In this document: piece by piece, positions 39,853-50,551 of the stretch
Layout of the letters: each line of letters begins with the position of its first letter
Numbering within the stretch: the first letter of the stretch is position 1
Assembly: GCA_963662315.1 (NCBI GenBank)
Contig: OY759353.1
Coordinates: 1,856,001-1,920,000 of the forward strand
Source: Geopsychrobacteraceae bacterium
Lineage (GTDB): Bacteria; Desulfobacterota; Desulfuromonadia; Desulfuromonadales; Geopsychrobacteraceae
Direction of reading: 5' to 3'
DNA length: 64,000 nucleotides
Position numbers and translations under genes: made by a program
The notes under the pieces: model-generated
Told to the model about the DNA's origin: nothing
Seen by the model: the letters and a program-made list of their open reading frames with translations, nothing else
The model's database searches: none

Positions 39853-41340
39853 CCCAACTGGGTCGAGCTTGAATACCTCTACGCAGATGGCAGCGGCGTC
39901 GCCGGGGCCAGTTATACGGTCTATGATGATACCGATAATGTCATTGCAGAGGGAATGCTGGATAAGCAAGGGAAGGCATATGTCATTCTTCCCGCTGATA
40001 AAGAGGATATTCGCGTCGATTATGGTGGAGACCCAGGCGAAGTAGAACTGTTGGTCACCAGCGAACCCCAGCCTCACCCGGAAGAACAGGGGTGGTTTGA
40101 ACGCATGACCACGACCCTCAAAGGCGCCTGGGACACGACCAAGGACGCAGCCGACTGGACCTGGGGCGCGTTACAGGGAGATTTTAACGAAGACGCCACC
40201 ATTGGCCAGATTGCGACCAACGCTATTATTACCGCCATTCCAGTGGTTGATCAGGTGGGTGATGTGCGTGATATCACCGCCAACATCAAACTGCTGGTCT
40301 GGGATAAACGTTACAAAGAGGCTGCGATCTGGTTTGCTCTGGTCGTTACTCTGGTTGGTCTGATCCCCACCTTTGGTTCCCTGCTCAAAGGCGTGTTCAA
40401 ACTCATCTGGAAGGGAGCCAAGCTAGACGAAGTTCTCGCCCTGTTTAACTATTTCATGAAGGGGAACGGTGTCAGCTGGCTCAAAGAGCTGAAAGCCGGC
40501 AAGCTGAAGAACTACATCGACGAAGCCGCACAATACGGGCACACGATCATGGACAAAGTCGCCGCTCTGCTCACCGACCTGAAATCCCATGTGCCACAGA
40601 AGTTTCAGAATATCCACGCCAAAATTCAGGATACCCTGAATAGCCTGCAAACGGTCAAAGGGCAGATCAACGCCCAGTTCGCCAAAGTTGGTGATGAGTT
40701 GGGGCTTAAAATTGGTAAGATGCTGGATGAAGGGGTAGAGAATAGTGTTCGTGGCAGTAGCCGGAGGACGTTGACTCAAAAGCAAGTTGCAATATCCCCC
40801 ACCTCAAAAGTCAGTTCAGATTTTTTGAGGGAAAAAGATCCCATACTTGTGAGGTATGTAAAGCATCCAGATTTTGGAGCTTTGACTGAGGATGAAGCTA
40901 TTGCACTATATGCTTATACTTCTAATCATTATATATCCATAAACCCTCTTATGAGATCCGGGGACATTGTCACCTCCCCTTGGGGAGCTGTATCAGAAAC
41001 TGCGTCTGAAGCCTTAAATACGCTATCAAAGACTGATGGTCGAGTACATCAAGGATATGTTTATAGAGGAATTTCTTTAACCGATGAGGAAGTTGATGCT
41101 ATTTTTGGCGGTGATTTGTTTATTGATCAGGCTTTTTTTAGTACCGCCGCGGAAAAATCATCAGCTTTTGAAGGAAATGTTCAAATAAAAGCATACTCAA
41201 AAACAGGAGTTATTGTTCAAGAACTGTCAATGGTTCCATCTGAAAAAGAGGATTTATTTAAGCCAGGTACACCATTCAAAATAATATCCGTTAAGAGTTT
41301 AAGCTATGGTACATGGGAAATATTTCTCAGTGAAATTTAA
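39853..41340 (+). CDS. Orphan toxin cassette: pre-toxin/FIX repeat plus ADP-ribosyltransferase (R-S-ExE) domain
   Basis: Homology to vgrG over 39853-40773; ALYAYT..Y..IN, VYRG, FFST, EKEDLFKPGT; first ATG at 39955. Confidence 0.87.
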   Translation, partial: PNWVELEYLYADGSGVAGASYTVYDDTDNVIAEGMLDKQGKAYVILPADKEDIRVDYGGDPGEVELLVTSEPQPHPEEQGWFERMTTTLKGAWDTTKDAADWTWGALQGDFNEDATIGQIATNAIITAIPVVDQVGDVRDITANIKLLVWDKRYKEAAIWFALVVTLVGLIPTFGSLLKGVFKLIWKGAKLDEVLALFNYFMKGNGVSWLKELKAGKLKNYIDEAAQYGHTIMDKVAALLTDLKSHVPQKFQNIHAKIQDTLNSLQTVKGQINAQFAKVGDELGLKIGKMLDEGVENSVRGSSRRTLTQKQVAISPTSKVSSDFLREKDPILVRYVKHPDFGALTEDEAIALYAYTSNHYISINPLMRSGDIVTSPWGAVSETASEALNTLSKTDGRVHQGYVYRGISLTDEEVDAIFGGDLFIDQAFFSTAAEKSSAFEGNVQIKAYSKTGVIVQELSMVPSEKEDLFKPGTPFKIISVKSLSYGTWEIFLSEI

Positions 41341-41359
41341 AACGAATTGGAAATAGATT

Positions 41360-42463
41360 ATGAAGTACAAATTTTATAGTAAAGAATATATGTTTCCATT
41401 GATTTCTAATCATATTGTTGAAGATTACCAAGAAGATCACTCATGGGTAATTGATTATTTAAGACATAGGGTTATTTTTGAGGAAGATGACATTGACCTT
41501 CCAAATGATTTACTGAGTAAATGGAAACAACCATTTGATGAAAAAGCTGACAGGTTTAGAGGTGCTCTTTTAGGTTTGGCTATCGGAGATGCAGTAGGTA
41601 CCACCAATGAGTTTAGTGAGCCGGGAACGTTTCAGCCGATTAATGATATGGTTGGCGGAGGTCCATTTAACTTAAAGAAAGGTGATTGGACTGATGATAC
41701 AAGTATGGCTTATGCATTAGGGCAGAGCTTGATTTTACGTAATGGGTTTGATGCTGATGATCAAATGGACAAATATTTAACCTGGTATAGGCATGGTGCT
41801 TTTAGTTCAACAGGTAAATGTTTTGATATTGGCAGTACTGTACGCGAAGCTCTTGAGTCCTATGAAAAGACAGGCAATCCTTATTCTGGAAATACTTCTC
41901 CTGATACTGCGGGTAATGGATCCTTAATGCGACTGGCCCCTGTCCCTTTATTCTTCTACAATGATCTCGATAAGATTTTGTACTATGCAGCAGAAAGCTC
42001 AAAATTAACTCATGCCGCAAGTGAAGCCATTGTGTCTTGTCAATTATACGCTTATTTGATTTTTATGGCTTTGGAAGGTAATAAGAAAAATGAAATTTTA
42101 GATATGTCACGTATTCCAAGATCTTTGTTTCAAATTATTGAAAAAGAACATAGAGTTTTAGATATTGTAAAAGGGAGTTATCGAACAAAGATACGCAGTG
42201 AAATACAACCCTCAGGTTATGTTATTCATAGTATGGAAGCAGCTCTTTGGTGTTTTTATAACTCTGAGTCGTACAAGGAGGGAGTTTTGTTAGCTGCAAA
42301 TATGGGAGGAGACGCAGACACCATTGCAGCAATCTATGGCCAATTGGCAGGTGCATATTATGGTGAACGTGCTTTACCTGCCGAATGGGTAATGGATCTT
42401 ACTCGCCAATATATATTTTTTATTCAAGCCCAAAAAATGCTTGAGCATGCAGGCTTGGTGTAA
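41360..42463 (+). CDS. ADP-ribosylglycohydrolase immunity protein with N-terminal extension (Tri1-like)
   Basis: GALLGLAIGDAVG, WTDDTSMA, FDIG, GNGSLMRLAP, GDADT; ~60-aa N-terminal extension; follows the ART. Confidence 0.92.
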   Translation: MKYKFYSKEYMFPLISNHIVEDYQEDHSWVIDYLRHRVIFEEDDIDLPNDLLSKWKQPFDEKADRFRGALLGLAIGDAVGTTNEFSEPGTFQPINDMVGGGPFNLKKGDWTDDTSMAYALGQSLILRNGFDADDQMDKYLTWYRHGAFSSTGKCFDIGSTVREALESYEKTGNPYSGNTSPDTAGNGSLMRLAPVPLFFYNDLDKILYYAAESSKLTHAASEAIVSCQLYAYLIFMALEGNKKNEILDMSRIPRSLFQIIEKEHRVLDIVKGSYRTKIRSEIQPSGYVIHSMEAALWCFYNSESYKEGVLLAANMGGDADTIAAIYGQLAGAYYGERALPAEWVMDLTRQYIFFIQAQKMLEHAGLV

Positions 42464-42926
42464 TTCTGATTAAGGTAAGTAAAACTTATCAGGTACTAAC
42501 CGTTTGCAATTGAAGGGGATATGAAACAACTACTTTTTGTATTGATTGCCAACACTGCTATTTTCCGCAAGTCCTGCGAGGGTTTTCAGAAATCTGTGTC
42601 AGGTTTATAGGCTGAGATATTTTTGCCGACCTGGAAAATGGATGGTCCGCTGAATCAACGTCAAATTCGAGTTCTGGATCGGATGTGTCCAGCGCTCGAA
42701 TGTCTTGGGAGCTGCATCCATGTAATTGGGGTCATCCCTGCCCCCTATGTTAAAACATAGGGGAGGAGACTATTTACGTTTTCTGAAATCATAGGAGTAA
42801 GTAAATGAGTAACGAAGCCACCCTTCTCGATGACCGCCAGAGGGACAATGACCGCCTTGTCTCCTGTCAATTATTGGACCTGCACATGTTTAAAAGCTAA
42901 AGATTATCAGCTCACTGAAGCATAAT

Positions 42927-44405
42927 TCATGGCATGTTGCTGTCACCAAACCATGTGTTCCAAATATTCTGGAAAGTTCCATCCTGTTTCAGGGCATCCA
43001 GATTGTTCTGCCACTGGTCGACGACAGATGCTGGGGTTGTGAGGCTGAAAGCGACATAGCCTTCATGATAGGTTTCTTCAAATTGCTTAACGATCTGTTC
43101 TCTTGGAGTCGAAGTTGCATCACATAGCCAGTTGATACCCTCATCGTATATAAACAGGGCGTCCACTTCACGGTTCAGCAACTGTTTAAAAGACTCAAGC
43201 GGGGAAAAAGAGGTAGCGACAATGTTGTTAAAGCCTTTGGCAACCAGGTAATCATGGGTATACCAGTTCCTAGGAGTGGCGACAGAAGTTAACGCTTTGG
43301 CTTGTTCCAGATCTGTGATCGTCACACCAGCATCGCTTAACGTATAAAAACTGCCCGTTATTGTTGCGATAGGACCAACCCATTGAAATAGGTCCTCCCG
43401 CTCTGCGGTGCGAGCGGTCGTAAACAAAGCACTGTTCGGCAAGTATTGCACCGTCGCATAAGCATCCTGCCAGCCGGTGATTTTTATCCCTGACGTGTAG
43501 TCAGTGCGGGATTGAATGGCATGAACAATGGAAACGGATGAGCCCTGAATATTCGGATCGATAATCGAGCCGCTATAGTAGTTAAATGGTGGCGCCACTT
43601 CGGTAAACAGCTGCAGCACATCAGGCGCCAAGGTTTCATTGGCGTCAGGAAAGTATTGCTTAAGGATAGCAAGGGTTTCTTTGGTTTTGATCAGACTGTC
43701 AAGACTGTTCTGAACAGCGGTAACTACGGCATCATCAACGTCCTGAGAAAAAGCAATATAATAAAAAACTGACTTATAGCCAAAGCAAACATCAAAATCA
43801 TCGGTAAAGGAGAATTGGCCCTGAACTTTATAAGCAAACTGTTTTCCGTCGCTGGCAAGGGCAACAACCTGATTGCTCAATAAGGCCGCAACAGCTTCGT
43901 CATAGGATGAATAATACACCAGGTTATCAAAACCGAGATTTTCCAGCGTCGTTGTCTCAAGCCATCCCGTGACAACAGCGATGGAATCGAGGGCTTTTGT
44001 CCCATCCAGCCCCAGAGTTGACCCTAATCCTGTTGCCTTTTTTGAAAAAACATAATAACCAGAGGAACTCGTCGGACCGGCCCACTTGAAAAGATCCTGC
44101 CGCTCGGCCGAATAGCCGATGCCCAACAGGGCGCGATGTGATCCTGTGAGGGTTTTATCATAGGCATCTCTCCAGTCATTTTCTACCTCAACGACATAAT
44201 CGATACCCGCCTCGTCCATGGCCGCCTTGGTGGTATCCACGTCAATACCGACAACATCACCATTCTGCGTAAAACTGTTCGGACTCATTTCAACCACTGA
44301 AATGGTGATCGGTGTTGATGAGTGGTCTGAGCTGTCACCGCAGCCTCCCAAAAACAGGCTCAACAACAAAAATAATGAGAAAATACATTTGCTTTTCATA
44401 AACAT
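42927..44405 (-). CDS. Lipoprotein with two tandem family-3 substrate-binding domains
   Basis: Lipobox LGGC; ER.DLF.W.GP and Y.AFS each occur twice. Confidence 0.85.
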   Translation of the reverse strand: MFMKSKCIFSLFLLLSLFLGGCGDSSDHSSTPITISVVEMSPNSFTQNGDVVGIDVDTTKAAMDEAGIDYVVEVENDWRDAYDKTLTGSHRALLGIGYSAERQDLFKWAGPTSSSGYYVFSKKATGLGSTLGLDGTKALDSIAVVTGWLETTTLENLGFDNLVYYSSYDEAVAALLSNQVVALASDGKQFAYKVQGQFSFTDDFDVCFGYKSVFYYIAFSQDVDDAVVTAVQNSLDSLIKTKETLAILKQYFPDANETLAPDVLQLFTEVAPPFNYYSGSIIDPNIQGSSVSIVHAIQSRTDYTSGIKITGWQDAYATVQYLPNSALFTTARTAEREDLFQWVGPIATITGSFYTLSDAGVTITDLEQAKALTSVATPRNWYTHDYLVAKGFNNIVATSFSPLESFKQLLNREVDALFIYDEGINWLCDATSTPREQIVKQFEETYHEGYVAFSLTTPASVVDQWQNNLDALKQDGTFQNIWNTWFGDSNMP

Positions 44406-44470
44406 CTCCAGAGCAAGAACACGTTAAAATAAATCTCTTCAGATCATGAAACCAACCTTCAGAATTCGAA

Positions 44471-44809
44471 TCATTTGGTCATTGCAGCCGTCGCTTGCGC
44501 GACATCTGGAAACGCGTCCAGGATCGAAAGAAAGCCACTGACCTGAAAGACTTCACGGATATGTTCAGCCATTCCGGCTAAGGCAAAGGCCCCCTTGGCG
44601 CTCTTGACCCGCTTGGCAGCCATCAGAATGACACGCAATCCGGCGCTGGAAATATAATCGAGCTCAGCAAAATTAATGACCAAAGAAAGAGTGCCGGAGC
44701 TGACCTGGGCGAGAAGGTCAGCTTCAAAAGCCTTGGCGGTATTGCTGTCGAGACGTCCCTGGGGTGAAATAATAGTCACCGGTCCTGCGTGTGTTGTGAC
44801 AATACTCAT
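44471..44809 (-). CDS. STAS anti-anti-sigma factor (RsbV/SpoIIAA-like)
   Basis: GRLDSNTA, LDYISSAGLR, EVFQVSGF. Confidence 0.93.
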   Translation of the reverse strand: MSIVTTHAGPVTIISPQGRLDSNTAKAFEADLLAQVSSGTLSLVINFAELDYISSAGLRVILMAAKRVKSAKGAFALAGMAEHIREVFQVSGFLSILDAFPDVAQATAAMTK

Positions 44810-44864
44810 CTGCTATCTCCTGTTGATGAAAGTTGTTGATCCGGGCGGCATCTGTTTGCCCCGG

Positions 44865-45284
44865 TCATGACAGTTTTTTACCAAAGGTTAAACAATTCCA
44901 TACGCCATCGCGCTGGTAGGCGTAGATGTCCATCATCTCTTTGAGAAAATGGACACCCAATCCGCCGATCACGCGGTCTTCAAGTGCGGCCTTCGTATCT
45001 GGGGGCGGAAACTCAAGCGGATTAAACGGCAGGCCCTGATCGCGTAGCTCAGCGCGCAACCAGCCATCCTCCTGCCACAGACGCAGACTGAATTCATGCT
45101 GTTCATCGTGTGGATAAGCATAGGAAATCACGTTGGTCACCAGCTCATCCATAACCAGATTGAACTTGAAGATGACAGCCGGAGGCAATTCCAGTTGTGC
45201 ACCAAAGTCATCTATCGCGGCGCTGAGTTTTTTCAGCTCACTGATATTATTGGTCAAGACTATGCTCAGTTGTGGATTGCTCAT
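44865..45284 (-). CDS. Anti-sigma factor/serine kinase (RsbW-like HATPase)
   Basis: DELVTNVISYAY, DQGLPFNPL, GGLGVHF; ATGA overlap gives start 45284. Confidence 0.92.
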   Translation of the reverse strand: MSNPQLSIVLTNNISELKKLSAAIDDFGAQLELPPAVIFKFNLVMDELVTNVISYAYPHDEQHEFSLRLWQEDGWLRAELRDQGLPFNPLEFPPPDTKAALEDRVIGGLGVHFLKEMMDIYAYQRDGVWNCLTFGKKLS

Positions 45285-47242
45285 GCGCCGACCTCCGTCT
45301 GTTCCCCGTAGACAAGACACAGGCTGGTGATATCGTCGGATTGGGGCACACCGCGGCTGAAGTGATCTACAGCATAAAAAACCGTATCAACCTGTTCTTT
45401 TGCATGCCATCCCACACAGGATTCAAGCAACCGCTTCAGGCGCTCCTCACCAAATTCCTCAGCGGCAGAATTGAAAGCTTCTGTGACTCCGTCGGTGTAC
45501 AGATGCAAAGCATCGCCGGAATTCAACAGTATCGACTCTTCCTGATAGGAAATTGCAGGAAAAACACCGAGGGCCATACCATTGGTTGTCGCTACTGGTG
45601 TTGCTGTTGACTGATGGACATGATACGGCGGGTTATGACCTCCGTTGGCATAGACCAGACGGCCGCTGTCAAGTTCCAGAATGGCATAGAAAACCGTGAC
45701 GAACAGCTCCAGCGGATTTTCCGCGCAGAGCTTGTTATTGACCCGTTCCAATACCTTGCCGGGGGACGCGCCATCAAGGGCGGTTGTATGCAGTTCGGTG
45801 CGTGCCACTGCCATAAAAAATGCTGCCGGGACCCCTTTCCCCGAAACATCGGCCACCAGTATGCCAACATGGTTTTCATCAAGGACAAAGGTATCGTAAA
45901 AATCGCCACCCATCTCCCGCGCGGGGGTCATCCGAGCAAAAATTTCATAGCCAGCATGGCGGGGAAACTCGTTTGGCAGAATAGCCAATTGCAGAGCCCT
46001 TGCCACCTCCAGTTCATCCTGTAGCAGCTGATGAGCCGAGGCCAACTGATGATTCTTCTCTTCCAGTTCGACGGTGCGCTCTTGCACCTGACGATCAAGC
46101 TCTTCCTGACGGGCAAAAACCTGAGCAGCCATGTTGGTGAAGGTGCGGGCCAGCTGTCCCAGTTCATCTTGACGAGCACTGACCACATCCAGCTGCCCGG
46201 CTTGATAGGTGGAATACTGAACAGCATTGGCCGCTGCCGACAGCGTCATGACCGGTTGGACCATGCGCTGCCCCAGAAGCAGGGCACAGAGTCCGCCGCT
46301 GAAGGCGATAATCAGACCAACCAGAATGGCGATATTCCGCAGCCTGCCGACCGCCTGCTGCATCTCACTTGTCGGCAGACGCACCAGGGAGACCCCGACC
46401 GGCTGGTCAGTCCCGCCGGGAACGGGAGCCATGACAGTCAGATAGTCGTCCGTGAGAAAACTCATTGGCTGATTGGCGCGGAAAACAGCTTCCATCGCTT
46501 TTAATTCACGTTGATCCGGTTGCCGGGTCACGCCATCGGCTGCCAGGATCGAACCATGGGCAATCGTCTCCATCTTCGGATCAACAACCCAAATGGCGTC
46601 CACATCTCCGGCACTGACCAGGTGCTGAATCATGTACTCCAGACCAATCCGATTGTTGAGATCTTCCAACAGCTGGGCATGGTATCCCACTTCAACAATC
46701 CGTGGTTTATCGACACCGGTCACGCCGACATATTTGTAAACCAGGTCATCCAGTTCACGTTTGCGGGCCGGCTGGATCACCACCTGCTTCTCCCCTGTCA
46801 ACAGTGGCCAGAACTCGGAAGCCTGGGGTTGCAGTGCGGGATCAGAACTGAAGGTAAAAGGCAAACCGCTGTTGCTTATGTAGGCGCTTCCGGACGGATC
46901 CGTCACCCAGAATTCATCAATACTGGTTGTCTGACTGATGTCTGTCAGGCGTTGACTGATCTGACCGGGGCTCATCCCGGCCTGCTCGGCGGCGGCAACA
47001 AAATATGCGGTTAATGTGGCCTGGCTGACCATCTGGCCAGACAGAACATCTTCAACCTGCTGTGGGATCGACACCGCAGCGCCGGCACTGCGAGCCAGCA
47101 ATAGAGCGACCAGAGTCCCTTCTGTCTCGGCGGTTTCCAACAACTGCTTTTTGGCCTTCCAGCCAAGAACTGCTGCGGTCAAGGCAACGGCAATAATCAG
47201 CAGAGCGGTGGTAAAAAGGGTTAATCGTTGTTTAAAGCTCAT
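45281..47242 (-). CDS. Membrane PP2C/SpoIIE phosphatase with periplasmic sensor and HAMP
   Basis: Two TM, DELGQLA, GGDFYD, ADVSGKG, NGGHNPP, YTDGVTEA, DDIT. Confidence 0.93.
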   Translation of the reverse strand: MSFKQRLTLFTTALLIIAVALTAAVLGWKAKKQLLETAETEGTLVALLLARSAGAAVSIPQQVEDVLSGQMVSQATLTAYFVAAAEQAGMSPGQISQRLTDISQTTSIDEFWVTDPSGSAYISNSGLPFTFSSDPALQPQASEFWPLLTGEKQVVIQPARKRELDDLVYKYVGVTGVDKPRIVEVGYHAQLLEDLNNRIGLEYMIQHLVSAGDVDAIWVVDPKMETIAHGSILAADGVTRQPDQRELKAMEAVFRANQPMSFLTDDYLTVMAPVPGGTDQPVGVSLVRLPTSEMQQAVGRLRNIAILVGLIIAFSGGLCALLLGQRMVQPVMTLSAAANAVQYSTYQAGQLDVVSARQDELGQLARTFTNMAAQVFARQEELDRQVQERTVELEEKNHQLASAHQLLQDELEVARALQLAILPNEFPRHAGYEIFARMTPAREMGGDFYDTFVLDENHVGILVADVSGKGVPAAFFMAVARTELHTTALDGASPGKVLERVNNKLCAENPLELFVTVFYAILELDSGRLVYANGGHNPPYHVHQSTATPVATTNGMALGVFPAISYQEESILLNSGDALHLYTDGVTEAFNSAAEEFGEERLKRLLESCVGWHAKEQVDTVFYAVDHFSRGVPQSDDITSLCLVYGEQTEVGA

Positions 47243-49448
47243 TACACATCCTGGCAGCAGTCGGTTTAGTTGAAAAATATGCGTCTTGAGTCAGCACATA
47301 GCGATCAAGTTCAAGACTCAGTTCAGGGGTTGACCTTTCCAGTGAATCGCGCTGAGCCGGTGACAACTGAAGAATGCTGACCTGTGAATCGGCCCAAAGA
47401 TCACAGGCGAAGAAGACCTCGAGAAACTGAGCCTGAGGATATAGAACCGCCCCGGCAGTTTGTTGCCGGGCCACCGTTCCCTCCCCAGACTGTTCACTGA
47501 CCGTCCCAGAGACAAGCAGGAGCAGTCCGCCAACCACCTGATCCTGACAGCCAATAGATTCACCGGCCTGAAAGTGAACACAGGTGGCGCAAGCAGCGAG
47601 TCGCTCAGCCAGCGATTCCGCCCACTCCTGACGTTCCAGCTGGAGCAGCATGTCATCGGCAGCTAGAGCAAAGAGGTCGTCCCTGGAGGCGGCACGCTGA
47701 GCTGACATGGATAGGTGTGCATCTGCCAGCAGCGTATTTTCAACAGCGATCAAAGCCTGTTCCAGGTGATCGGCCAGATGCCCATGAAGAGTCGGGAGAT
47801 CCTCTTCCAGGGCTTTGGCGAGAGCCTGAGGCGGATGGACCAGATAGGTTGCGGTGCCGCTTTTCGCTACGGCCTGAAGCAGCCGGTGGAAATGTTTGGC
47901 GGCCGAGATGTCAATTCCGGAAACTGCTGAAAAATCAAGAATCAGAAAACCGGTATCCGCAGGCAGGTCGGCACGCAGCTTGTCGACAAACAAACACGCC
48001 GAACCAAAAAAGAGATAGCCCTTCAACTGGTAACAGATTGCGCCCTCCCCGACCTGTTGCAACAGATGGCGATCAGGGATAGTGCGCGGTTTTGTGCTTT
48101 TCAACCGGCGGAGATCCCGTGGCGAGTCAACAACGGCTACCCGACTGAAACGCACGACAAAAATCAGCAAAGTAGCCGCAAGGCCAACCATTATCCCGGC
48201 CAGGAAACCACTCCAGATGATGACAATCGCAATGACAAGAATCAGGCTGTAATCGATTTTCGGCATGCGGTTGTATGTGTGGACAAGCCAGTCCCACAGA
48301 AAAAACAGACCGATCAACGACAGAAAGGCTCCCAGTACAGGTTTGGGAAAGAAGGCCAATACCTGACCACCCGCAAACAGAACAAAGGCGACAACCAGGG
48401 TTGAAATCAAGCCACAGATGCGCGATAAAGCACCCGTGCGCACCCCGAGCATTGACAGTGAAAGGGAGGTATAGCCCGGCGAAGATCCTCCTGCGGCAGC
48501 CAGCAGGTTAGCCATTCCCAGGGAACGAAATTCACGGTTCAGATCAATATCTTCATTCGCCGAGATTTCAACACCACTGATATTCAGAAGCATCCCTAAA
48601 ATGGCAATCAGCACCACACTGCCAGACAAGGGGAGTTGTGATACGACGATATCCCAGTGGATCTGGGTCAGTGAATTCAGAGAAAAAACCGGCCACAGCC
48701 CTTGAGTCGGCAAACCAGACACAAGATAGCCCAGCGCCCTGGCCTGATCGAGAGACAGATCACAGAAAAAGAATGCCAGGTAGTACGCCATTGTTCCACC
48801 GAGCAGAGCCACTGGCAAAATCAGGAAATGCGACCAGCGCTGTAGAATCATAAATAGGATTGAGGCAAACGCAAGACCAGGAGCCCATTTGAGGACAATG
48901 TCCAGTGCTATAAAAGCGCCAAAGGAGGATGGGGCAACGCCACACATCACGGAAAGGCCCCCGACAAACAGAAACCAGCCGGAACCGGCCAGAAATCCGC
49001 CAATGACCGGGTAAGGCACAAAACGGAACAGATTAGCCAGCTCAAAGCGACCGACCAGATAAAACCCCAGACCGGTCAGGCAAGACGTCAGGGCAAGAAC
49101 TGCAACCAGCGTCATAAAGGCCGCTTCACTGGACACACTCAACAAACCGGCTACGACGGTCGAGGCGGCAACGAGAGTGGCAGCCGGAGCATCCTGGGCG
49201 ACACTGACATGGGTCTTCAGGCCACTCGTCAACAGCAGCACAACACCCATGGCGCAAGCTCCGAACAGCGTCAGTCCCGCCGCCCTGGTGGCGAATCCCG
49301 ACATCTCACCGGCAAAAATCATGGCCGCAAAAGATACCGCCACGATCACGAGCAAAATCCCGTTGATGACTCCGGTAAACAGTGCCGGGAAGACCTTGTC
49401 CGAATGAAAATCACGGATTATTTCAGATAACACATTTTCTTTACTCAT
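47232..49448 (-). CDS. SulP family anion transporter with STAS and cNMP-binding-like domains
   Basis: Multi-[39 protein letters not shown]-terminal cNMP-like region. Confidence 0.88.
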   Translation of the reverse strand: MSKENVLSEIIRDFHSDKVFPALFTGVINGILLVIVAVSFAAMIFAGEMSGFATRAAGLTLFGACAMGVVLLLTSGLKTHVSVAQDAPAATLVAASTVVAGLLSVSSEAAFMTLVAVLALTSCLTGLGFYLVGRFELANLFRFVPYPVIGGFLAGSGWFLFVGGLSVMCGVAPSSFGAFIALDIVLKWAPGLAFASILFMILQRWSHFLILPVALLGGTMAYYLAFFFCDLSLDQARALGYLVSGLPTQGLWPVFSLNSLTQIHWDIVVSQLPLSGSVVLIAILGMLLNISGVEISANEDIDLNREFRSLGMANLLAAAGGSSPGYTSLSLSMLGVRTGALSRICGLISTLVVAFVLFAGGQVLAFFPKPVLGAFLSLIGLFFLWDWLVHTYNRMPKIDYSLILVIAIVIIWSGFLAGIMVGLAATLLIFVVRFSRVAVVDSPRDLRRLKSTKPRTIPDRHLLQQVGEGAICYQLKGYLFFGSACLFVDKLRADLPADTGFLILDFSAVSGIDISAAKHFHRLLQAVAKSGTATYLVHPPQALAKALEEDLPTLHGHLADHLEQALIAVENTLLADAHLSMSAQRAASRDDLFALAADDMLLQLERQEWAESLAERLAACATCVHFQAGESIGCQDQVVGGLLLLVSGTVSEQSGEGTVARQQTAGAVLYPQAQFLEVFFACDLWADSQVSILQLSPAQRDSLERSTPELSLELDRYVLTQDAYFSTKPTAARMCNEL

Positions 49449-50551
49449 TGATGTTGCCCAGGTTCATTGGCCAGGGTCAAAGTGAGTCGATTGCCCTTTT
49501 GCGTCCGCTCCCAGTTGATCGCGTGAACCAGCCCCTTGATCAGGGTCTGAGACAGATCATCTTGCACCTGGGCCAAATCGAGGAAATTCCCTTCCCTGTT
49601 ATTGTCTTCAAAGATCAATTCAAGGCGATGATTCATCTCCGAATATGAGAGGGTCAGCGCAAGCGGAGTCCGATCCGGCAATGAAAAGTATAGAGTGATG
49701 CACTCTTCGATCAGCAAAAGAGTATTGTTGTTCATTGTGCGGGTAAAAAAATGTTTATCGCAGAACTGTTCAATCTGGCCGTTCATGGCATAAAAGTCGA
49801 AGTTCAATGATGGAATCTGATATTCCAGAATCCGGATGCGTTGAATAAATCTCCGCGTTTTTTCCTTTTGCGGGCACTCAAAGATCTGCTCTGGAGGGCC
49901 GTCTTCGTAGATGATACCTTCTTCCATATAGAAGACCCGGTTGGACACCTGGCGGGCAAAGTCCATTTCGTGGGTGACAATAATCATCGTCATCCCTTCG
50001 CGCGCCAGGCGTTTGATGACCGCCAGGACTTCGCTGACCATGGTTGGGTCAAGAGCTGAGGTCGGCTCGTCAAAGAGAATGATCTCAGGGTTCATCGACA
50101 GGCAGCGGGCGATCGCCACCCGTTGTTTCTGGCCACCGGACAGTTCGCTGACCAGGTTCCCTGCTTTGTCGGCCAGGCCAACCATGCTCAACAGCTCCAG
50201 TCCTCTTCGCTGCGCTTCACAGGTCTGCATTTTTAGTAGTTTGACCGGCCCCAGGGTAAGGTTGTCGAGAACGGTCAGATGGTTGAACAGGTTGAAGGAC
50301 TGAAACACCATCCCCATCCGCTGACGCAGCTTGGCGGCATTGTTTTTCGGATTGAGGATGTCCTGGCCGGCAACGTATACTTCACCCGAGTCGGGACGGT
50401 CGAGCACATTGATGCAGCGCAGCAACGTACTCTTGCCCGTGCCGCTGGGGCCGATGACCGAAATAACCTCCCCCTGAGTAATGACCGCGTTGACATCTTT
50501 CAGTACCTGCAGGTTGCCATAGCTTTTAGCCAGATGCCGGATTTCGATCAT
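49445..50551 (-). CDS. Polar amino acid ABC ATPase (GlnQ-like) with ~125-aa C-terminal extension
   Basis: [37 protein letters not shown]. Confidence 0.93.
   Translation of the reverse strand: MIEIRHLAKSYGNLQVLKDVNAVITQGEVISVIGPSGTGKSTLLRCINVLDRPDSGEVYVAGQDILNPKNNAAKLRQRMGMVFQSFNLFNHLTVLDNLTLGPVKLLKMQTCEAQRRGLELLSMVGLADKAGNLVSELSGGQKQRVAIARCLSMNPEIILFDEPTSALDPTMVSEVLAVIKRLAREGMTMIIVTHEMDFARQVSNRVFYMEEGIIYEDGPPEQIFECPQKEKTRRFIQRIRILEYQIPSLNFDFYAMNGQIEQFCDKHFFTRTMNNNTLLLIEECITLYFSLPDRTPLALTLSYSEMNHRLELIFEDNNREGNFLDLAQVQDDLSQTLIKGLVHAINWERTQKGNRLTLTLANEPGQHQ

Noticed and set aside
35376..40773. Repeats as diversity-generating retroelement TR/VR pairs
   Set aside because: No reverse transcriptase in the window; differences are mostly synonymous and not adenine-specific
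33185..42900. TAAAAGCTAA at 33185 and 42891 as a target-site duplication of the toxin island
   Set aside because: Only 10 bp, AT-rich, plausible by chance; no integrase or tRNA nearby
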